Part shown: one piece after another, positions 18,559 to 28,714 of the stretch
Layout of the letters: each line of letters starts with the position of its first letter
How positions within the stretch are numbered: position 1 is the first letter of the stretch
Source of the DNA: Saprospiraceae bacterium
GTDB lineage: Bacteria; Bacteroidota; Bacteroidia; Chitinophagales; Saprospiraceae
Assembly (NCBI GenBank): GCA_965223165.1
Contig: CBDCVQ010000009.1
Coordinates: 119,544 to 183,543, forward strand
DNA: 64,000 nt
Direction: 5' to 3'
Position numbers and translations under genes: made by a program
The notes under the pieces: model-generated
Told to the model about the DNA's origin: nothing
What the model saw: the letters and a program-made list of their open reading frames with translations, nothing else
Database searches by the model: none

Positions 18559-20930
18559 CGAAATTTGAAATTGTATGATACGGAGGGTATAAAGCTTCCA
18601 ACCACCGATAGACGCACTGCCTCCGTAGTGGTCGGCTGGTTCTCTCCCACCCGATCGGGATCCTGGCGGAAGAAAATCGAAAACGGATTACGTCGGTTGT
18701 ACAGATTGTAGACGGAGAAGACCCAATCTCCCAGCCACCTGTCCTTATCACTCTTGTAGCGGCCCTTGAGTGTGGCAGAGATATCCAGCCGGTGGTAATC
18801 GGGGATCCGGACGTTGTTGCGAGTGTCGAGACCATTGTGCGGCACCACATAGCCCTGCTGCTCATACCTGGTGGTGGCAAAGGTGGTCGGAGTGCCCGTA
18901 TTATAGACAAAGGAGGCGCTGCAAGACCAGCGGCTGTTGATATCATAAAAGCCGGAGAGGCTGAGATTATGCAGTTGATCGTAGCGGGCTGGGTACCAGT
19001 CATTTTGGTTGACTCCCGCCACCTGCCGCTCCGTCCGGGCCAGTGTATAACTCAACCAGCCCGACAACTTGCCCTTCACCTTCTTGGCCTGTAGTTCGAG
19101 CCCGTAAGCCCTGCCTTTCCCTACCAGCAGGTCTCCTTCGATAAATTCGTTTAGTAGAAGATCCGCTCCGTCGATATAGTCGACTAGGTTGCGGACTTCC
19201 TTGTAGTAGACTTCGCTACTAAACTCGTAGGTATTGTCGGCAAAATTGCGGAAGTAACCCAGCGCCACTTGATCTCCCTTCTGGGGCTTGATGTTATTCG
19301 TGCTGGGCATCCAAACATCGACGGGTGTCGATGCTGTCGTATTGGAAATGAGATGGATAAACTGCGTCGTGCGATTATAACTGGCCTTCATCGAGCTCAC
19401 GTCATCAAGTTGGTATTTGATGGACAGCCGTGGCTCCAGGCTTTGGTAGGTCTGGATCGACTCCCACTGATCAAAGCGCTCGACGTCCGTGACTGGCCGG
19501 CGTTTACCCAAGGCCGCTTCTCCGTATGTGTAGGCGTTGCCCTTGCCCGTATAGTTAAAGTGGGCAAATCTAAGTCCATAGTTGATCTTGAGCCGACCAG
19601 AAATATCCTGTTCGTTTTCGATATACAAGGCTGACTCAATCGCATACCTGTTTGGTAAGCTGATGTCACTAGTCTCCCCCTCGCTCACCCCAACCGCATT
19701 GCCGGGCTCGAAGGTGTATACGATGCCTTGGCCTCCAAAACGTAGGATGTTGCTCGGGTTAAGAAAGTAGGTAAATTCCGGCTTGAGGCTGTAATTTTCA
19801 ATATTGGCATTCCAATCAAATCGATTCACGGCGTCATCGCCAAATCTAAGCCGATAGTCGTAATCGCTGAAGTAGACGGTGAAGTTGCTGAATAGCCGCT
19901 CGTTAAAGAGATGATTCCATCGAAAGGTACCCGTACTGTTGCCCCAGTTGAACCCAGCGGCGTCCCCAAATCCAAAGTTGTCACGGCCAAAATAACCCGA
20001 CAAATAGATGCGATTCTTCTCATTGATGTTATAGTTGGCTTTTAGGGTCAAATCATAAAAATTGAGCACCGATCCATCGAGATCATCGCCCAGAAACGGG
20101 GCCGCTAAGACGTCGATGTAGGACCTGCGCCCTGCCACGATAAATGACGCCTTGTCTTTGACGATAGGAGCCTCCAGCGCCAGCCGGCTAAAAATGAACC
20201 CCACCCCGCCGTCCATGCTAAATTGCTTGTTGTTGCCTTCCTTCATGCGTACATCCAGGATGGACGAGATGCGGCCACCATACCGGGCCGGGATGCCACC
20301 CTTAAACAGCTTCACGTCTTTGATCGCATCGGGGTTGAATACGGAGAAGAAGCCAAACAGATGTGAGGAATTGAACACCGGGGCTTCGTCCAGCAATACC
20401 AGATTTTGATCAATGCTGCCACCCCGCACATTAAAGCCTGACGCCCCCTCCCCCACGGAGGTCACCCCGGGCAACAGCTGTAGGCTGCGGATCACCTCCA
20501 CCTCTCCCAACAAGGAGGGAATCGCTTTGATCGTCTGGATATCAAGTTTGTTGACGCTCATCTCAATCTCCGTAACGTTGCGGTCTTCTGCCTCGCCCGT
20601 CACGACGACCTCCGCAAGGTTGGTAGCCTCGGTCTCCATTTCGACGTTAAGTGTGGTACTCTCCACCAGGGACACTTCCACGCGCTGGGTCACGAAGCCC
20701 AGATACGCGTACTCTACCGTGTAGTCCCCTCCGGGCGCGGTAAGGGAGTAAAATCCATATTCATTGCTCGTAATTCCCTGATCCAGCTCGAGGATGTAGG
20801 CGGTCGCTCCAATCAACGTTTCGCCGTTGTCCGCATCCTTTATGTAGCCGCTCAACGTCACTCGGTCCTGGCCCAGGCCAGATATCAGAGAAGACAGCAG
20901 CAGGCTAAGGGTGAATAGTATTCTTGTCAT
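18555..20930 (-). CDS. TonB-dependent receptor with an N-terminal carboxypeptidase-regulatory-like domain
   Basis: Internal ATG at 20930 gives the signal MTRILFTLSLLLSSLISGLGQ, then VTLSGYIKDADNGETLIGATAY (CarbopepD_reg). A plug region follows (LLPGVTSVGEGASGFNVRGG), then a long beta-barrel ending in the aromatic terminus NFKFR. Confidence 0.85.
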   Translation of the reverse strand: MTRILFTLSLLLSSLISGLGQDRVTLSGYIKDADNGETLIGATAYILELDQGITSNEYGFYSLTAPGGDYTVEYAYLGFVTQRVEVSLVESTTLNVEMETEATNLAEVVVTGEAEDRNVTEIEMSVNKLDIQTIKAIPSLLGEVEVIRSLQLLPGVTSVGEGASGFNVRGGSIDQNLVLLDEAPVFNSSHLFGFFSVFNPDAIKDVKLFKGGIPARYGGRISSILDVRMKEGNNKQFSMDGGVGFIFSRLALEAPIVKDKASFIVAGRRSYIDVLAAPFLGDDLDGSVLNFYDLTLKANYNINEKNRIYLSGYFGRDNFGFGDAAGFNWGNSTGTFRWNHLFNERLFSNFTVYFSDYDYRLRFGDDAVNRFDWNANIENYSLKPEFTYFLNPSNILRFGGQGIVYTFEPGNAVGVSEGETSDISLPNRYAIESALYIENEQDISGRLKINYGLRFAHFNYTGKGNAYTYGEAALGKRRPVTDVERFDQWESIQTYQSLEPRLSIKYQLDDVSSMKASYNRTTQFIHLISNTTASTPVDVWMPSTNNIKPQKGDQVALGYFRNFADNTYEFSSEVYYKEVRNLVDYIDGADLLLNEFIEGDLLVGKGRAYGLELQAKKVKGKLSGWLSYTLARTERQVAGVNQNDWYPARYDQLHNLSLSGFYDINSRWSCSASFVYNTGTPTTFATTRYEQQGYVVPHNGLDTRNNVRIPDYHRLDISATLKGRYKSDKDRWLGDWVFSVYNLYNRRNPFSIFFRQDPDRVGENQPTTTEAVRLSVVGSFIPSVSYNFKFR

Positions 20931-21167
20931 TCGAAGGTCGGCCAAAAACAAAACATCATAACGAACGAACGTGGGTTTTTGTTTGGGGGTTTTCGACCAA
21001 GGCAAGGACTGGACAAACGATTGAAATACGCCACCCGATCGCAGGGGTCATTCCGCAATGGAGAGGGTGTCATAAAATGTATCGCCCAGCGTTGGGAACC
21101 CTTGCCCTTATGTGACTGCCTGCACCGGGAGAGTCAGGATTCTTTGCTAATATCGCATGCATCGAGC

Positions 21168-23012
21168 ATGACAAGTGAATCCCTCATTATTCTGGGTATA
21201 TCTGCCTACTACCACGATTCAGCTGCAGCACTGCTGATCGATGGTGAGATCGTGGCGGCTGCACAAGAGGAGCGATTTAGCCGCAAGAAGCACGATGCCA
21301 GCTTCCCCGTGGAGGCCATCAAATTCTGTTTGTCTTTCGCAAGTGTCGAGCTGAGCGATGTCGACGCGATCGCCTTTTACGACAAACCCTTTCTCAAATT
21401 CGAACGCTTGTTGGAGACTTACTATGCTTTTGCGCCACGTGGGCTTCGATCGTTTGTCACCGCTGTCCCAGTGTGGCTGAAGGAAAAAATCTTTCTGAAG
21501 CGGGAGATCTGGTCGGAGCTGCGCGACATTGGCACGGTGGACAAGAAGAAGATGAAGCTGCTATTTCCAGAGCATCACTTATCGCATGCTGCCAGTGCCT
21601 TCTACCCATCATCCTATCGCGAGGCCGCCATCCTGACCATCGATGGTGTTGGAGAGTGGGCCACTGCCCTGATCGCTCAAGGGCAAGACCACTCGATCGC
21701 TCCCCTCAAGCAGCTCGACTTCCCGCATTCCCTGGGCCTCTTCTATTCCTCCTTTACCTACTACTGCGGCTTCAAGGTCAATGCAGGAGAATATAAGTTG
21801 ATGGGCCTGGCCCCTTATGGAGATCCTGACGGAGCCCAAACCGGTCAGTTTATTGCACTGATCAAGGAGCACTTGATAGACATCAGGTCCGACGGCTCCC
21901 TGTTTCTTCATCAGTCCTACTTTCGCTATGCCACGGGCCTAAAAATGGTGTCCGAACGGAAATGGGAACGCCTATTTGGATTTCCTCGGAGACAGCCTGA
22001 GTCAGAGCTGACGGCTACCTATTGCAACCTGGCATTGGCCGCCCAACGAATTACGGAAGACGTGGTGTTGCTAATGGCTCGAGAGGCTAAGAGACTGACC
22101 GGCAGTGATCAACTTTGCCTGGCAGGTGGCGTCGCGTTAAACTGTGTGGCCAACGGCAAACTATCGGAAGCTGGCCTTTTTAAAGAGCTCTTCATTACGC
22201 CAGCGGCAGGTGATGCCGGTGGTGCTTTAGGCGCCGCTTACGCTGCTCACCACATCTACTACAAACAGGGAAGACAAATCTCCACAGAGCTGATGGACGC
22301 ATTAAAAGGGGCGTACTTGGGACCCAAATTTTCCCCTGCTGAGATACGAGCAGCGGCCCGAAGACATGGCGCCCATTTTATCCACATCACAGACGACGAG
22401 GAGCTGCTCGAAAAGGTCGCCGAAGATCTATCTCGGGGCAAGGTCATCGGCTGGTTTCAGGGCAGAATGGAGTTTGGTCCCAGGGCCTTGGGAGCTCGGA
22501 GTATTTTGGCCGATGCCCGCAATCCGGAGATGCAGCGCAATCTGAACCTCAAAGTCAAGTTTCGCGAGACTTTTCGCCCTTTTGCCCCCATCGTACTGGC
22601 CGAAGAAGTAGCGGATTATTTCGAACACCAAGGCAGCTCGCCCTATATGCTGCTGGCCAAGCAAGTCAAGAAGGCGCGGACGCATAGCTACCCCTCTGAG
22701 CTAGCGTTAGGGGACTGGGCACAAAGGCTTGCCTTCGTACGCAGTGACCTGCCCGCGGTAACCCACGTCGACTACTCTGCACGGCTCCAGACAGTGCATC
22801 AGCAGACCAATCCGAGACTGTGGCGACTCTTGCACAAATTCAAAAATCTAACAGGATACTCAGTCCTGGTCAACACGAGCTTCAACCTGAGAGGAGAACC
22901 CATCGTGCGGTCTCCGGAAGATGCTTACCAATGCTTTCAAAAATCTGGAATCGATGTTTTGGTGATGGAGAACTTTGTTTTTGAGAAACAAAGACCTCAA
23001 GATGCCGGATAA
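21168..23012 (+). CDS. Carbamoyltransferase (NodU/CmcH/SxtI family)
   Basis: From ATG 21168 the protein reads MTSESLIILGISAYYHDSAAALLIDGEIVAAAQEERFSRKKHD, the canonical N-terminus of this family. A C-terminal YrdC/Kae1-like part follows (VLVNTSFNLRGEPIV). The upstream part of ORF 20979.. overlaps the divergent receptor leader and was discarded. Confidence 0.9.
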   Translation: MTSESLIILGISAYYHDSAAALLIDGEIVAAAQEERFSRKKHDASFPVEAIKFCLSFASVELSDVDAIAFYDKPFLKFERLLETYYAFAPRGLRSFVTAVPVWLKEKIFLKREIWSELRDIGTVDKKKMKLLFPEHHLSHAASAFYPSSYREAAILTIDGVGEWATALIAQGQDHSIAPLKQLDFPHSLGLFYSSFTYYCGFKVNAGEYKLMGLAPYGDPDGAQTGQFIALIKEHLIDIRSDGSLFLHQSYFRYATGLKMVSERKWERLFGFPRRQPESELTATYCNLALAAQRITEDVVLLMAREAKRLTGSDQLCLAGGVALNCVANGKLSEAGLFKELFITPAAGDAGGALGAAYAAHHIYYKQGRQISTELMDALKGAYLGPKFSPAEIRAAARRHGAHFIHITDDEELLEKVAEDLSRGKVIGWFQGRMEFGPRALGARSILADARNPEMQRNLNLKVKFRETFRPFAPIVLAEEVADYFEHQGSSPYMLLAKQVKKARTHSYPSELALGDWAQRLAFVRSDLPAVTHVDYSARLQTVHQQTNPRLWRLLHKFKNLTGYSVLVNTSFNLRGEPIVRSPEDAYQCFQKSGIDVLVMENFVFEKQRPQDAG

Positions 23013-23079
23013 AACCTAATTTCAGCCTTCAGGCGGCTCGAGCCACAGACTGGACGACGTCACAAAAAATGGATCGACG

Positions 23080-23229
23080 ATGGAATTCTTGAGAGATCTC
23101 TGGTGGTTTGTCCGACACCGGAAGAAGTATTGGCTGGTGCCGCTGATCGTGGTACTGATGCTGCTCGGCATTCTAATTGTCATCGGTGGCAACTCGGCGG
23201 CAGCTCCCTTCATCTACACAATCTTCTAG
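23080..23229 (+). CDS. DUF5989 / SxtK-like small membrane protein (49 aa)
   Basis: Hand translation gives MEFLRDLWWFVRHRKKYWLVPLIVVLMLLGILIVIGGNSAAAPFIYTIF. This matches, from memory, the conserved small protein found after carbamoyltransferases. It is below the ORF-track cutoff. Confidence 0.6.
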   Translation: MEFLRDLWWFVRHRKKYWLVPLIVVLMLLGILIVIGGNSAAAPFIYTIF

Positions 23230-23234
23230 GCCAG

Positions 23235-23597
23235 ATGCAACGTAAAGAGTTGGAAACCATTCTGGTACTCGTGCTGGCACTGGGAGCTATCTATTGGTTT
23301 AGCGGCGATCCGGCGTGGCTCGGCGCGGCAGGCATACTCGGTGTTCTAGCCCTCCTCCTGCCATCGGCTCGGTATTGGATTCATGCGGGTTGGATGGGCC
23401 TGGCCAAGTTACTTGGATTTGTGATGAGCCGAGTTCTACTCAGTTTGATCTATTTGCTGATCCTAGTGCCGGTCGCCTTCCTAGCCAGGTGGTTTGGAGC
23501 CAAAAATCAGGTGCGGCGTAAGCTGCCCGAGAGCCAGTCCCACTATACCCAACGTTCGGGAGTCTACACCGGGGAAGACTTGATCCACCCCTGGTAA
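23235..23597 (+). CDS. SxtJ-like membrane protein
   Basis: Internal ATG at 23235 gives a 120-aa protein with three hydrophobic helices, 5 nt after the SxtK-like stop. The position and size fit the carbamoyltransferase/SxtK/SxtJ trio. Confidence 0.55.
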   Translation: MQRKELETILVLVLALGAIYWFSGDPAWLGAAGILGVLALLLPSARYWIHAGWMGLAKLLGFVMSRVLLSLIYLLILVPVAFLARWFGAKNQVRRKLPESQSHYTQRSGVYTGEDLIHPW

Positions 23598-23628
23598 GTA
23601 CGTGATGCTCTCACCACGGATCCCTCCG

Positions 23629-25575
23629 TTAGACCTGTGGTAGATCCACCTTTCGCACCAACGCCTGAAATCTTGGCAGATGCCGCATGGGGTCCCAGGA
23701 TGGGTTGATCGAGAGAAACACCACCGAGCCCAGACGATTTTCGTATGCCAGTTCTAGCTGATCCATTGCCAGATCAAAATCCCCCATGGCTTGATAGACG
23801 GCGGCATAGTCCAGGTAGAGCATCACATCAGGTTCTGCGTTCTGGCGGGCATCCAGTTTCTGCATGATCTGCCACACCTTAGAGGTCTCCTTCATCAGGC
23901 CATAGACGTATGCAAGGGGCACCCATCCTTTGTTGGCACTGCCAGTCATGGCTTGGTACTCTTCAAACTGGCGATGAGCTGCTTGCAGGTCCCCTCGCTG
24001 CACGTGAATTTGTCCCTTTGCTTCAATGGCTCCACGGAAGTCCGGGGCTAGGCGCAAGACTTCGTCTAGGATGTCCATCGCCCGGTCCAGCTGCTTGTCA
24101 TAAAACAGTGCCTGGGCCAAATAATAGAGTATGATGGGATTTAGGGGATCCACCGGGATGGCTTGGTCCATCACCGTCACCGCGTGAGCTGTCTGTCCTT
24201 GGGCAGATAGGTACATGCCGAGTGTGATGTAGTATTCAGGAGCCTGAGTGCTCGCAGCCTTTGCTTGCTGAAGATGCCACTCCACCGCTTGCCAATCCCA
24301 TTCATAGAAGAATGCAATCAAGGCCTTGGCCACATGGGCCGCTCCGTCTCCATGATCTTTCTCCAAGACAAAGTCGGCATGCTCCGAAGCCAATGCAAAG
24401 GCCTTGGCCGGGGCAACGGCTCCGACAGATCCGAGATAGGAGTAGATCGAGGCCATCTGCGACCGCGGCAATAAGAAGTTGGGTTCGACCAGACAGGCCT
24501 GCTCGAAGTAGCGTAGAGCCTTGCCTGCATCGGTGGGGTTAAACTTGTGGTAGTAGAATTTGCCCCGCAAATAATGCTCGTAGGCCTCCAGGTTGTCTGT
24601 GGGTGGAGATGTTCTCATACCCAGGCCGGGATCTGTGAGCTGCGCCCGCATCTTGGCGGCAATCTTGGCAGCGATTTCGTCCTCCACTGCAAAGATGTCT
24701 TCTAGATCCAGATCATAGGTCTCAGACCATAGGTGGGTGTCCTCGACCGCATTGACAAGCTGGGCGGTCACGCGTACTCTATTTCCGGCGCGTCGCACAC
24801 TTCCTTCCAAGATGGTAGTTACCCCGAGCTTGCGTGCGATCTCTCCCACATCTTCCTTGGTGCCCTTAAACGAAAAAGAAGACGTACGGGAGGTCACCTG
24901 AAGCCCTTCGAGTGGTACCAATGCATTGAGGATCGACTCCGTGATCCCATCACTGAAGTACTCATTCTCAGGATCGCTACTTCGATTGACGAATGGCAGT
25001 ACAGCCAAGGTGCGTCGTCTCAACTGGCCCTTGCCGGTTAGCTCCTTTGCTTCGGGCACTACCAGTCCGTCTGCCACGACGGCGCTGATACGGACGGGCA
25101 GCTGGACATTCTTGAGATCAAAGTTACCCAGGTCAGTCGTCGTGATATCAGGATGGTTGGCCAGCTCCCGCACGATGGCATCCGAAACCAGGATAGATCC
25201 CGGCACAGCCATGCCCTCGATCCTGGCAGCAATGTTAACCCCTTGTCCATAGACCCCTTCCTCCTCAAATACGATGTCTCCCAAATGGATGCCGATACGC
25301 AACGGAATCTGGGGCTTCTGCGCTAAATCCCGTTGGACGTCCACCGCAAAGTGCACAGAGGAAACCACACTGTCAAAAGTGATAAGGGAGCCGTCGCCGT
25401 AGTATTGAATGATCTCGCCTCCATGCTGCTTACTTCGCTGCTCAAGCGCCTGGCGATGCCTCGAACGCAACCCCTTAGCATGTTGTTCATTCTCGCCCAT
25501 CAAGCGAGTATAGCCCACCATGTCTGTAAACATGATAGCCGAGAGTCGACGATGAACGGTTTCTGAAAAGGACAT
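23629..25575 (-). CDS. Class III adenylate/guanylate cyclase fused to a TolB-N-like segment and TPR repeats
   Basis: From ATG 25575, the cyclase core is LSAIMFTDMVGYTRLMGE...IQYYGDGSLITF...IGIHLGDIVFEEEGVYGQGVNIAARIEG. It is followed by LAVLPFVNRSSDPENEYFSDGITESI and a long TPR-like C-terminus. Confidence 0.85.
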   Translation of the reverse strand: MSFSETVHRRLSAIMFTDMVGYTRLMGENEQHAKGLRSRHRQALEQRSKQHGGEIIQYYGDGSLITFDSVVSSVHFAVDVQRDLAQKPQIPLRIGIHLGDIVFEEEGVYGQGVNIAARIEGMAVPGSILVSDAIVRELANHPDITTTDLGNFDLKNVQLPVRISAVVADGLVVPEAKELTGKGQLRRRTLAVLPFVNRSSDPENEYFSDGITESILNALVPLEGLQVTSRTSSFSFKGTKEDVGEIARKLGVTTILEGSVRRAGNRVRVTAQLVNAVEDTHLWSETYDLDLEDIFAVEDEIAAKIAAKMRAQLTDPGLGMRTSPPTDNLEAYEHYLRGKFYYHKFNPTDAGKALRYFEQACLVEPNFLLPRSQMASIYSYLGSVGAVAPAKAFALASEHADFVLEKDHGDGAAHVAKALIAFFYEWDWQAVEWHLQQAKAASTQAPEYYITLGMYLSAQGQTAHAVTVMDQAIPVDPLNPIILYYLAQALFYDKQLDRAMDILDEVLRLAPDFRGAIEAKGQIHVQRGDLQAAHRQFEEYQAMTGSANKGWVPLAYVYGLMKETSKVWQIMQKLDARQNAEPDVMLYLDYAAVYQAMGDFDLAMDQLELAYENRLGSVVFLSINPSWDPMRHLPRFQALVRKVDLPQV

Positions 25576-25691
25576 TATATGCGCCACTATTCCTTGAGAT
25601 GGGCACTCCGGTGCAAGTAAATACAAAAATCTGGCGAAGTTGCATTATCCGTGCTTCGTCATAGCGGACGATGACTAGATGCGAAACCGGC

Positions 25692-28307
25692 CTAGTCTGA
25701 TCGCAAGGTAGTAGCCGGATTTATTGCCGCGGCCCTGGCACTCAAAAGACTAATGACGACGAGGCTCACCAATAAGATCATAAAGCACGCCAGGAGGAAG
25801 GCTCCCCCACCCAAGTGGATTCTATGCGCAAAATCTGCCAACCAGGCGCTAGTGACCGCATAACTTACCGGTATGGCTAAGGCAAAACTCAGCACGATGA
25901 TCAGCACAAAATCCTTACTTATCATACGGATGATAGACTGCGCGCTCGCGCCCAGGACTTTGCGTATACTGATCTCCCTCCTGCGCTGTTGCAGGGTCAA
26001 CGCCGTCAGTCCATATAGTCCTAGGACGCATAGAAGTAGACCGATCAAGGCAAAATATCTGGTGGTCCTGAGGAGCTTCTCTTCATCTTGGTACAGGGAG
26101 GCAAACCACTGGTCCACAAAATAAAATTCAAAAGGAGTTTTGGTGGCACTTTTGTTCCAGGCAGCCTCGATATGACTAAGACTGTTATCCAGGCTTTCGC
26201 CATCCAACTTGATCGAGGCATTCTGTACGTCATTTACACTGAGAAAAATGGCCATCGGTTCTACCGCCTCCGTAGCCAACGAGGCGTAGTGAAAGTCGTC
26301 GACGACACCGATAATCGGGTAGCCGGCATGCGCTCGATCTGGTTTGAGCCTTTTTCCCACCGGGTCCTCCCACTTTACGAAATCAATAAGGGACTGGTTG
26401 ACGATCACATGCATGCTATCGGCGATCGAATGGGTGAGAAAGGACCGGCCCTGATTGACGGTGAGACCGTAGGTCTCAAAAAAATCAGCATCGACCGAAA
26501 AAACTCGTGTGTTCACCTCCTCGTGCTGACCCTCCGGGATGAAGGTCGTCGAATAACTTCCTCCGCCAATCGCCGATCTTCCGATGGACACCGATAGTAC
26601 GCTCGGATGCTGCAACAAATCTGACTCGAAGACCTCTGCCTTAGCTCCAACCTCGTTGTACAGATCTACCACCACCACATTCTCCTTATCAAAACCCAAA
26701 GGCTTCTGCTGGAGATACGTCGTCTGCTTAATAATTACGATGGTGCATATGATGAGAATGGTAGCCATGCCGTACTGCACTCCTAGCAGCACCTTTCGGA
26801 TCAGACCGGCATCCTGCCACCCGCTCATGCTACCCTGGAGGATTCGAGAGGCCCGCGGTCGGGCCAGGATGAAGGCCGGATAGAGCCCCATCAACAGGCA
26901 GAAAACGAGATAGAGACTAAGCAGGGCAACAAAGGTGGAGGGCTGAAGTAGCAATCGGGGTGACAGATCCCTGCCGATCGTCTCGCCGACAGCTAGAAAA
27001 ACCTTGGGCAATATCGCATAGGCAATCATCGATGCCACCGTGAGATTAATGACCGTCTCGATCATGAACCGAACCATCAACTGAAAGCGCCCTGAGCCAA
27101 GGGCTTTACGCACTCCAATTTCCTTACGCTTTTCGAAGGCACGTGACAGGGTAATATTTATGTAGTTGACCACCACAATACACACGATGAGAAGGGTGGA
27201 CAAAATCAGCGAAGTCAGAAACCTCCTGCTGGTCAGATCCATTCCGCGCTGCGCCCTGATCTCGCTACCACGCAGATGAAGGGTTTGGAAGGGTTGCAGT
27301 CTAAGAAAATATTGATCGGCTCGCTCCGGGAAGAATCGCTCCATCATATCAGGCAGCTTGGCTTCCACAGAGGCTGGCACTGCTTGCGGATCCAACTCGA
27401 CGAAGGTGAGTAAGCTCTGTGCCAACCAATTGTTCATCCAGCCAAAGGACAACGGTCCAACGCCAGGCACGGTCGTGGACCAAGAGACCAGTGCTTCAAA
27501 TTGCAGGGTCGATTGTGGACCCGGATCCGCGATGACACCCTCGACCACAAATTCGATGTCATTTATACCGGTGATGGTCTGGCCCATGGGATCCGTGGAG
27601 GGGAAGATGCGCGTCGCCAGTTGCTCCGTAATCACCATCGACCGGGGGCTGCGTAAGACCTTGTCGGCATCGCCATGGAGCAAAGGGTAGTCGAACACAT
27701 CCAAAAATGAGGAGTCCACAAAGCACCAACCCGTCGTTTCGTGCATCTCATCATCCCGATATAGCCGGACCTTGTCCCACCAGGGGCAGATTCTCACCAC
27801 GCCTTTGATCTCAGGATATTCCCTCTTCATCGTCGGCCCCATCATTCCTGATGTTTCTGCCGTTAGGTGATCAATCTGCTCTCTTTCATTGAGATGCCTC
27901 TTGTACAATTGATAAATATGATCGCGCTTTTCATGGATCCGGTCATAATGGAGATCATGCCAGAGCAGGACAAAAGCAAACAGTGAGCAGGCGACGGCAC
28001 AGACCAGTCCCACTAGGTTAATAGCTGAAAATGACTTGCGTCGCAGCATCGATCGCCAGGCACTCACCCAATAGTTCACCAACATCCCAGAGGTCATGCC
28101 GCTGCTTCTATTTTGATTTCGAAAGCTCCAACGGAAAAAGCCCAGCGCCTGCCAAACATAAATCAGTCTTGCCAAGCGCACTCCGCGTCGCTGGACTTGT
28201 TGATGAAAACGCTCTTGCAGATCTCCCAGGATACCCTCTAGCAGATGTGGGTCGCAGAAGCGTTCCAGGAGTCTTACAATGACTTTCGGCGGTGCTGAAT
28301 TCTTCAT
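25692..28307 (-). CDS. Duplicated FtsX/MacB-type ABC permease with an N-terminal cytoplasmic 'prefix' domain (paralog 1 of 10)
   Basis: 871 aa. The prefix is PPKVIVRLLERFCDPHLLEGILGDLQERF. There are two FtsX modules (VNYINITLSRAFEKRKEIGVRKALGS and RRREISIRKVLGAS), each after a large extracytoplasmic domain. The C-terminus is NPATTLRSD. The start overlaps the padR stop by 4 nt. Confidence 0.9.
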   Translation of the reverse strand: MKNSAPPKVIVRLLERFCDPHLLEGILGDLQERFHQQVQRRGVRLARLIYVWQALGFFRWSFRNQNRSSGMTSGMLVNYWVSAWRSMLRRKSFSAINLVGLVCAVACSLFAFVLLWHDLHYDRIHEKRDHIYQLYKRHLNEREQIDHLTAETSGMMGPTMKREYPEIKGVVRICPWWDKVRLYRDDEMHETTGWCFVDSSFLDVFDYPLLHGDADKVLRSPRSMVITEQLATRIFPSTDPMGQTITGINDIEFVVEGVIADPGPQSTLQFEALVSWSTTVPGVGPLSFGWMNNWLAQSLLTFVELDPQAVPASVEAKLPDMMERFFPERADQYFLRLQPFQTLHLRGSEIRAQRGMDLTSRRFLTSLILSTLLIVCIVVVNYINITLSRAFEKRKEIGVRKALGSGRFQLMVRFMIETVINLTVASMIAYAILPKVFLAVGETIGRDLSPRLLLQPSTFVALLSLYLVFCLLMGLYPAFILARPRASRILQGSMSGWQDAGLIRKVLLGVQYGMATILIICTIVIIKQTTYLQQKPLGFDKENVVVVDLYNEVGAKAEVFESDLLQHPSVLSVSIGRSAIGGGSYSTTFIPEGQHEEVNTRVFSVDADFFETYGLTVNQGRSFLTHSIADSMHVIVNQSLIDFVKWEDPVGKRLKPDRAHAGYPIIGVVDDFHYASLATEAVEPMAIFLSVNDVQNASIKLDGESLDNSLSHIEAAWNKSATKTPFEFYFVDQWFASLYQDEEKLLRTTRYFALIGLLLCVLGLYGLTALTLQQRRREISIRKVLGASAQSIIRMISKDFVLIIVLSFALAIPVSYAVTSAWLADFAHRIHLGGGAFLLACFMILLVSLVVISLLSARAAAINPATTLRSD

Positions 28308-28630
28308 TCAAAGGCAATCTTTGGTATGGCATCCCACAGATCATTTCGCATGTTCCTGGCATGTGCCAAGGCCTTTTGCCCCGCCACGGTCACAGTAAAT
28401 AGGTGCTTTCGCCTTCCACCCCGCTCTGCGGTTTGACCCGCATATCGCGACTGGAGGTAGCCCTTTTTCTCGAGTCTAGCCAGGACCGCGTGCACCGTGC
28501 TGATGGCAATCGACCGCCCACAGCGCTCTTTGACAGCGTCTTGTATCGCTAGCCCGTAAGCTTCATCATATAGGAGTGCGGTAATCAGCAGCACTAGCTC
28601 CTCCAATTCTCCCAGATTCGTTCCCTTCAT
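28304..28630 (-). CDS. PadR-family transcriptional regulator (short, about 108 aa)
   Basis: Winged-helix PadR pattern: LGELEELVLLITALLYDEAYGLAIQDAV...STVHAVLARLEKKGYLQSRYAGQTAERGGRRKHLFTVT. Confidence 0.9.
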   Translation of the reverse strand: MKGTNLGELEELVLLITALLYDEAYGLAIQDAVKERCGRSIAISTVHAVLARLEKKGYLQSRYAGQTAERGGRRKHLFTVTVAGQKALAHARNMRNDLWDAIPKIAFE

Positions 28631-28714
28631 AAATGACTTATTACCCTACTTGGTGCTCACAGACAGCTTTTGGATACTTGCCGTCTCTCCCAAAATAGTA
28701 ATTTCTTTCGTATT

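Noticed and set aside
20931-21167. N-terminal extensions of the TonB-dependent receptor (to 21005) and of the carbamoyltransferase (from 20979), which would overlap each other
   Set aside because: Internal ATGs at 20930 and 21168 give a canonical signal peptide and the canonical carbamoyltransferase N-terminus respectively. The extensions have no family-like sequence.
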